Program-made: the position numbers and the translations under genes
NCBI RefSeq assembly: GCF_021028975.2
Contig: NC_059426.1
Coordinates: 141,050,001-141,114,000 of the forward strand
Reading direction: 5' to 3'
From: Sphaerodactylus townsendi
Taxonomy: Eukaryota
Length of the DNA stretch: 64,000 nt
In this document: positions 57,006-64,000 of the stretch, one piece after another
Layout: each line of letters starts with the position of its first letter
Numbering within the stretch: position 1 is the first letter of the stretch
Notes under the pieces: model-generated
Databases searched by the model: none
What the model was told of the DNA's origin: nothing
Seen by the model: only the letters and a program-made list of their open reading frames with translations

Positions 57006-60000
57006 GTAATAGGGAAGATCGGCCTGGGCTTATCTTCGGGGGGGGGGGGGGAAGCGGGGGGGGCAGGGCTGCTGTCCTCCTTGGCCCAGGTTCTTGACTC
57101 GCCCGGTGCTGTTGATCCCCTTCCGTAGGGCAAAGAAGGGCGGCAGCCGAGGCAGTAAGTCGGAATCGAAGAGTTTGGAGAAGGAGCCCGAGGCCCTCAG
57201 GGCGAGAGCTGCGGCGGCGCTATGGGAGGCCAGGCTGGAGGTGACGGAGGTCTCCCGCAAAGAGTACCGCGATGCCGCCCGGCGCCTGGCTCGCAACAAC
57301 GAGGAGCTGGAGCTGCAGCAGCGAAAGCTGGAGAAAGACACGGTGGAGGTGATCAGCTTCCTCAAGAGGCAGGATTTCGAGAAGGATGAGCTGGTAAGCA
57401 CGGAAGACTTCGCTAATCATATGAGTCTAATCATACACATGGATTGTCCCCCCCCCCCCCCCCAATTTAATCCCTTTCAGACTTGCCATCTTTTGACTTG
57501 GTCAACATCAAGGAATTGTCTGCAGGGTGATCATACGTGTCCAGTCGAATAGAAAATGGTTACTGTCAGATGCTGGCCATTAACAATTATAGTTTTAAGG
57601 AGGTGTGGCATGTACCACTATGAGTCATCATATGGCTGAAAAATAATTCACTTGTGACTCTGCTTTTAATGTATTCTTGCTTTTGCAAATTGAAAAGAGT
57701 ACACATTTGGAACTGAACTGGAGACTGGATTTGCTTAAATATGCAGTTCTGTCTCATTCAAAATTTCGTACTTTCGAACGTAGAGAAGGTAAGTAGGGAA
57801 ATGTCTCTTGGCATTCTTAGACTATTAAAATGTATTAAAATGCCTCAAAAATCTTATTTAAAGTAATGTGTATGAATATTGTGATCCATACACTGCAGCA
57901 AGAATCATGACCAAAAATTCTGTTGACAGAAGGGTTTGGGTTCAATGGAACATGACTTGCTTGCATCACGCTTCTCACTGCAGCCCAAAATGTCCATGAA
58001 ATGCCACTCCCAACAGGTAGTGAGTTTGGAAGTCCGCAGCAAGAGAGGGTGTTCAAAGAAAATTGTTCCCCCAACTTTTGTCATTGGAAATTCTAACCTT
58101 ATGTGTTCAAAAAATGGTTTTTCTAAAACAGTAGGGGAAGAAACGTTTGAAATTAGGATGTAAATACTAACAGTTTCTAGCAATATCCATTTTGTATGAT
58201 GACATATTTCTTATGTCCTTATGCCCTATGGTTTTTATTCCTGCATCACTAAAGTACTTCGTGGTATGTGTCCAATCATCCACATGGATTGTAGCCTCCA
58301 TTTAATCCATAACAACCACCCTTCCCTTGCCACAGAGTCTTGTCCATAGTCTTTGTCTAGACACTGCCCCTGTTTTTTTCAGTGAACATTAGAATCGCCA
58401 CCAAGTGCTCTGAGATATTCTTTTCACCATTTTAACAGCCTGTGCATGCTGTTTCTCCAGCACATAGCAAGAGTGGAGCTATAGGGCTTTCAGACCAAAT
58501 ATCATTTCCCATTCCCACTATGATATTTTTGAAGATGAGGATTATAGGGACACCTGGTAATACCTTTCTGAAGACACAGCTGGGGGGAATTGGAGGGAGT
58601 TGCAAGCTTGGGCCATTGAGCATGTGCAAAGTACATCTCATCTAGAAGAGGGGAAACTATACTCAGTTAAGGACAAGTCTTTCAGTCAGCCTTGCAGTGA
58701 GGCACCTAGGCTTATACAAGAGTAGGACTCAAATCTAGCATCAACTAAAGACCAACAAGATTTCCAAAGTATAAACTTCCATGAGTCAAAGCTCCCTTCC
58801 TCTGATGAAGGAAGCTGATGAAGGAAGCTTTGATTCTTATGCCTTGTTGGTCTTTATAGTGCTGCTGGACTCCAATCTTGCTTTTCTACTGCAGAACAAT
58901 ATGCTTACTCAACCAGGCTTATACAGAGTGCCTTTCCTCAAATATTTATTGGGTTGATTTGGACAGAGCTTGAGATGTGAGAACTGGGTTTCGAGTTGCT
59001 GATATAAGGCAGTGACTAGAAAAGTTTTTTCTTTCTGAATTCTCTGTGGATTTTTGTTTTGTTTCATAGCTTGAGAAAATGAAGCAGCAGATGAATGAGT
59101 TAAAGCAGCAAGCCAAAGAAGAAAATGAAAAAGTGGTGAATAAACTTTTGATGCTATTGGTAACATAGGCGCACTTAAAGCACATCTCAGTTTGGATTAA
59201 TAGAGTGATACAATAGATGAAATTATATGGCATTTATTTATTCATGTATAGTTACTTCATTTTTCATCTTTGTCATTGAATTTCCAGGCAATAATAAAAT
59301 GTATTAGTGTAATAAAAGCAATGTAACACAATCATTAAAACTGATTTACAAAATCAGAACAGTGCAAAAATGACAATGTAATACTGTCTATTGACCTCCC
59401 TGCAACAACTGAGCTTGGGTGCAGAAATCAGTTATTGAACAGGAACACTGCGAACGGATACAAACCAGCTTTTCTTGGTTAATATCCCTTCCCTAAACAT
59501 CCCTCTAATCCCCACCCTTGGGATCCCAGCATGTTAAAGTCACTAACAGCAGTCCCAAGCAGTGATGAAGGGAGGGGGGACTGCGCCCAGGGGCATGAGT
59601 GCCCGCGCGCCCCCAAAAGGCCCCCGCCCTGAAACGTGATGGCAATGGCGGTGCCCAGGACAAGCTGCCCTGGATGTCCCCATTGCCACTATGCGTCTGG
59701 TCCCAAGCAGTATGAAGTCTTCAAGACCAAACCAAAGATAATTTCCTGGTGAATTAGTAGAATCTGTCATTAAAGATAAAATTATAAAACATGTACAAAA
59801 GCAAAACCTGCTGAGAAAGAGTCAGCATGGCTTTTGCAGAGGCAAATCCTGTCTTACAAACTTACTAGAGTTCTTTGAGGATGTAAATAGGCATGTGGAT
59901 AAGGGGGAACCAGTGGACATTGTCTACTTGGATTTCCAAAAGGCTTTTGACAAAGTTCCTCACCAGAGACTATTGAGAAAACTCAACAATGAAGGAATAA

Positions 60001-63000
60001 GAGGGGAAGTCCTCCTATGGATTAAAAACTGGTTGAGAAACAGGAAGCAAAGAGTGGGTGTAAATGGGAAATTCTCACAATGGAGAGATGTGGGGAGTGG
60101 TGTCCCCCAGGGGTCCGTTGTGGCACCAGTGCTCTTTAACCTACCCATAAATGACCTGGAAGTAGGGGTGGGTAAGCGTGGTGTAAGTTTGCAGATGATA
60201 CCAAATTATGTAGGGTGGTGGGAACCACAAAGGATTCTTGAGGAGGTCCAAGCGGACCTTGATAAATTAGGTGAGTGGGCTAAGAAATGGCAAATGCAGT
60301 TCAATGTAGCAAAATGCAAAGTGATGCACATAGGGGCAAAAAATCTAACTTTCACATACACGCTACAGGGGTCAGTGCTATCAGTCACTGAGGCAGGAAA
60401 GGGATTTTGGCGTCTTAATTGATAGTTCCATGGGAATGTCAACTCAATGTATGGCAGCTGTGAAAAAAGGCAAACTCTATGCTGGGGATAATCAGGAAAG
60501 GAATTGATAATAAAACTGCAAAGATTGTCATGCCCTTATATAAAACGTGGTGCTTAACCACACTTGGAGTAATACTGTGTTCAGTTCTGGTCACTACATC
60601 TCAAAAAGGATATTGAAGAGATAGAAAAAAGTGCAGAGAAGGGCAACGAGGATGATTGAGGGACTGGAGCACCTTCCTTGATGAGGAAAAGGCTGCAGCG
60701 TTTGGAGACTCTTTAGTTTGGAGAGGAGACGTCTGAGGGGGGATATGATTTCTGAAGTCTATAAAATTATGCATGGGGTAGAAAATGTTGAGCAGAGAGA
60801 AATTTTTCTCTCTTTCTCACAATACTAGAACCAGGGGCATTCATTGAAAATGCTACGGGGAAGAAGAATTAGGACTAATAAAAGGAAAACACTTCTTCAA
60901 TGCTAACGTGTGATTGGTGTTTGGAATATGCTGCCACAGGAGGTGGTGATGTGCATTAACCTGGATAGCTTTAAAAGGGGCTTGGACAGATTTATGGAGG
61001 GAGAAGTCAATTTTATGGCTACCAATCTTGATCCTCTTTGATCTGGAGATTGCAAATGCCTTAACAGTCCAGGGTGCCTCGGGAGCAACAGCCTTGATAG
61101 GCCATTGCTTTCACATCCTACATGTGAACTCCCAAAGGCACCTGGTGGGCCACTGCGAGTAGCAGAGAGCTGGACTAGATGGACTCTGGTCTGATCCAGC
61201 TGGCTTGTTCTTATGTTCTTATGTTCTTATAAGGGCAGGTGCTAGCCAGCCCAGAAGGTAGGTTTTCCCTATGTACGTACTTTTACATTCATTGCTGTTA
61301 ACTAGCCTGCACTTCAAAATGATGCTGGAGGTACATAATTTTTTTTTACTGTTACTTGCCCCCAGGGACGTAGGTATAGATTTTTTATGGGGGGGGGGGG
61401 TTGGGGGGGCTACACCCCCACCTGCCCCTAGGGCATGGCCATGCCTCCCCAAGCCCCACCCCTGGTCTAGCGCTTATAAAAGCAGCTCTCCGAGGCCGAG
61501 GATGGCAGACTCCCCTGCCCTGCCCTGCCCTCCCCTGCCCCTCCCCTCTGGGCAGAGGCTTATAAAAGCAGCTCTCCGAGGCCGAGGATGGCAGACTCCC
61601 CTGCCCTGCCCTCCCCTGCCCCTCCCATCTGGGCAGAGGCATAGAGGGAAAATGGAGCCTGGTGCAAAATCTGAGTTTTGCGCCCTCCCCGGGCAGCCGC
61701 TGTGATAAGAATCCCACCCCCAAACAGCATCACTTTCAATGGTGTTTAAACTAGAGAGCCCAAATTCTCCTTTTAAATCCATCTTAAAGGGAGAATCTGG
61801 GGTCCCTAGTTAAACAACACTGAAAGTGATGCTGTTTGGGGTGGATTATCCCCCACCCTGAAACAGCATCACTTTCAATGTGGCGTAGTGGTTAAGAGCA
61901 GGTGCATTCTAATCTGGAGGAACCGGGTTTGATTCCCTGCTCTGCCACTTGAGCTGTGGAGGCTTATCTGTGGAATTCAGATTAGCCTGTGCACTCCCAC
62001 ACATGCCAGCTGGGTGACCTTGGGCTAGTCACAGCTTTTCAGGAGCTCCTCAGCCTCCACCCACCTCACAGTTGTTTGTGAGGGGAGCAAGGGCAAGGAG
62101 ATTGTAAGCCCCTTTGGAGTCTCCTACAAGGGGAGAGAAAGGGGGGGATATAAATCCAAACTCTTCTTCTTCTTCTAAACTGAGGACCTCAGATTCTCCC
62201 TTTAAATCCATGCCGAAGGGGGTGGATTTAAAAGGAGAATCTGGGGAAATTTGGGGGGTGCCTGCTGTCAGGGGGTGCAATGGTTAAGCTAGAAGCACCA
62301 AACTGTCAGGGTATCTTTAGGAGTCTCTCCTAATGATACCACCCAGGTTTGGTGAAGTTTGGTTCAGGGGGTCCAAAGTTATGGACACTCAAAGGTGTAG
62401 CCCCATGTCCTATTAGCTCCCATTGGAAACAATGGGGATGGGGGCACCCCCTTTAGGAGTCCATAGCTTTGGACTCCCTGGACCAAACTTCACAAAACCT
62501 GGGTGATATCAATAAGACACTCTCCTGATAATACATCCCATGTTTGGTGAAGTTTGGTTCAGGGGGTCCAAAGTTATGGACCCACAAAAGTGTAGCCCCC
62601 ATCTTCTGTTAGCTCCCATTGGAAACAATGGAGGATGGGGGCACCCCCTTGGGAGTCCATAACTTTGGACCCCCTGAACCAAACCTCGCCAAACCTGGAT
62701 AGTATCATCAGGAGAGTCCCCCAAACAATCCCTGAAAGTTAGGTGCTGCTAGCCCAAACAATGCGCCCCCTGCAGGCCAAAGACCAAAGAAGCACTAAAA
62801 TGTTTTTAAAACCCACAAACGGAGGGGTGGAGCTTCGGACATGAATGGGGAGGTTCAAACCCGAGAACCCCCCCCACCCTTACCTACGTCCATGCTTGCC
62901 CCATGTATGTGTCTTAGGTGTTCACTTCTTGCTAAATATCTAATTTGCAGGCTGAGCAGTTCACCAAACAGCTGGAAGAGATGGAGGAGAAATTCCAGAA

Positions 63001-63094
63001 AAAGGCTAAAGAAATTGGTCTTATTCAGATTGAACTGAAAATGATAAAGGAATTTCGTAAAGAGAAAGCAAGCATGGAGAAAGAACTTGAAGAT
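56962..63094 (+). CDS. BBOF1: Basal body orientation factor 1 (CCDC176), exons 1-4; gene continues beyond the window
   Basis: Exons 56962-57005, 57129-57393, 59070-59135, 62951-63094 (519 nt in frame). LWEARLEVTE, FLKRQDFEKD, KKAKEIGLIQIELK match recalled BBOF1; synteny with ENTPD5. Confidence 0.93.
57129..57393 (+). CDS. BBOF1: BBOF1 exon 2
   Basis: gtag|G..CTG|gtaagc. Confidence 0.92.
59070..59135 (+). CDS. BBOF1: BBOF1 exon 3
   Basis: LEKMKQQMNELKQQAKEENEKV; atag| and |gtgaat. Confidence 0.9.
59560..59699. mobile_element. Small hAT MITE
   Basis: CAG...CTG ends; perfect TSD GTCCCAAG. Confidence 0.65.
59742..61230 (+). mobile_element. CR1 LINE, second 5'-truncated copy of the same family
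   Basis: [29 protein letters not shown]; 3' UTR and tail nearly identical to the 38-41 kb copy. Confidence 0.95.
61363..62894. mobile_element. Non-autonomous hAT element with nested SINE and internal repeats
   Basis: TIR CAGGGACGTAGGTA / TACCTACGTCCATG; TSD CTTGCCCC (61355-61362, 62895-62902). Confidence 0.9.
61880..62176 (+). mobile_element. Squam3-like SINE nested in a hAT element
   Basis: GTGGCGTAGTGGTTAAGAGC head ... ATAAATCCAAACTCTTCTTC tail. Confidence 0.85.
62951..63094 (+). CDS. BBOF1: BBOF1 exon 4
   Basis: AEQFTKQLEEMEEKFQKKAKEIG...ELED; gcag| and |gtaaga. Confidence 0.92.
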
Positions 63095-64000
63095 GTAAGA
63101 TTATTAGAAACATATATTATGTAAATATAAATTATGTAAATATAAATATATATTAAATTGGAAGAGAATCTAAGCAGATTTATACCAGCCTAAGGCCACT
63201 GACCTCAGTGAACTTTGAAGGGTGTAATTTTGCTTAGACTGGCACTGTAAGTCACAAAAATAAAATGTATCCTTAAATACTGGAATCAAATAAAACAAGG
63301 ATAAAAAGAAATTCCTGTTTGATATCAAATCACAAAATACATTTCATACTGTGAAAAAATTATCACAGCTCCTCAATCAATGTAAATGGAAAAATCTTTA
63401 CTAGATCTAGGACAAACCATTTTGGCAGCCTCAATCATATCATTTATATGTGATTGTCAAGGATGAATGTTACAAGGATGGGTGATACAATTTCTGTTTA
63501 TTACCTCTTTCTCCCACCCTTCCTCCAGAGAGCTTAGGAAAGCATGCATGATCTTCCTCCAATTTCTGAGTATTTTTTAACATTCAAAGATGAGAAACTT
63601 GAACCAGCTCTCTAAAATTGTTATGCAAGGCTTAGAAATGGAAAAAAAATCAGTGAATTAAGGATTTTAAAATTTGCTTTATCGTTTCTGGTTCTGCGTT
63701 AAGTTTTGACAGCATATTTTCAAGCATGTATTTGCAACTCTTCTAATCCAAGCTGGTGGTATTAAAATCATAGATGCAGAAAATAATTGTTAGGCAGGGA
63801 ACAGGTGACAAGTACAGGTGCCTTGCATCTAACCTTCTCCAGTGCTGGTTGAAGGATTTTAAAAAGGCTGTGCATACCTAAATGTATTTGTGGTGCAATA
63901 CTTCTATAAAATAAGGAATAAACCTTTTAAGTAATAAAGTTGAATTTTATTATACTATCATAAAGTACAGAGGCATAAAGTGGAGTCATATGTTCCCAGG

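Larger units (their letters stand above)
56760..57400. promoter_or_regulatory. CpG-island bidirectional promoter ENTPD5/BBOF1 with RFX X-box GTTTCCATAGTAAC (56903-56916)
   Basis: CpG-rich; ENTPD5 exon-1 donor and BBOF1 ATG only ~167 bp apart; strong X-box match. Confidence 0.85.

Noticed and set aside
58801-58845. CTGATGA hammerhead-like motifs in Penelope remnants (also 22600-22640 on the minus strand)
   Set aside because: The GAAA core is deleted or mutated, so they are not credible as active ribozymes.

Overview
Vertebrate genomic DNA, most likely a squamate; the SINE and transposon types suggest a gecko, but the species cannot be determined. It carries the conserved gene block FAM161B (minus, complete, 9 exons, ~624 aa), COQ6 (plus, complete, 12 exons, ~477 aa), ENTPD5 (minus, complete, 13 coding exons, 428 aa) and BBOF1/CCDC176 (plus, first 4 exons only). 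Two compact CpG-island bidirectional promoters (FAM161B/COQ6 and ENTPD5/BBOF1) each carry RFX X-boxes. In both cilia/centrosome-associated genes the predicted ATG lies inside an X-box-like palindrome. Introns are rich in mobile elements: two CR1 LINEs, L2, RTE and Rex1 remnants, tRNA-derived SINEs, many hAT elements with 8-bp TSDs, a Tigger-type MITE and a young solo LTR. They also hold several Penelope-like hairpin insertions (inverted repeat + 34-38 nt tail + TSD), one with a hammerhead-ribozyme core. The most notable structures are a four-level nested insertion of hAT elements resembling horizontally transferred families, a ~290-bp-arm palindrome, and a transposon whose terminus became a 5x35-bp array. 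There is one 257-nt N gap. I see no convincing wholly new biological system. Gene and TE family names come from recalled homology, not database searches.
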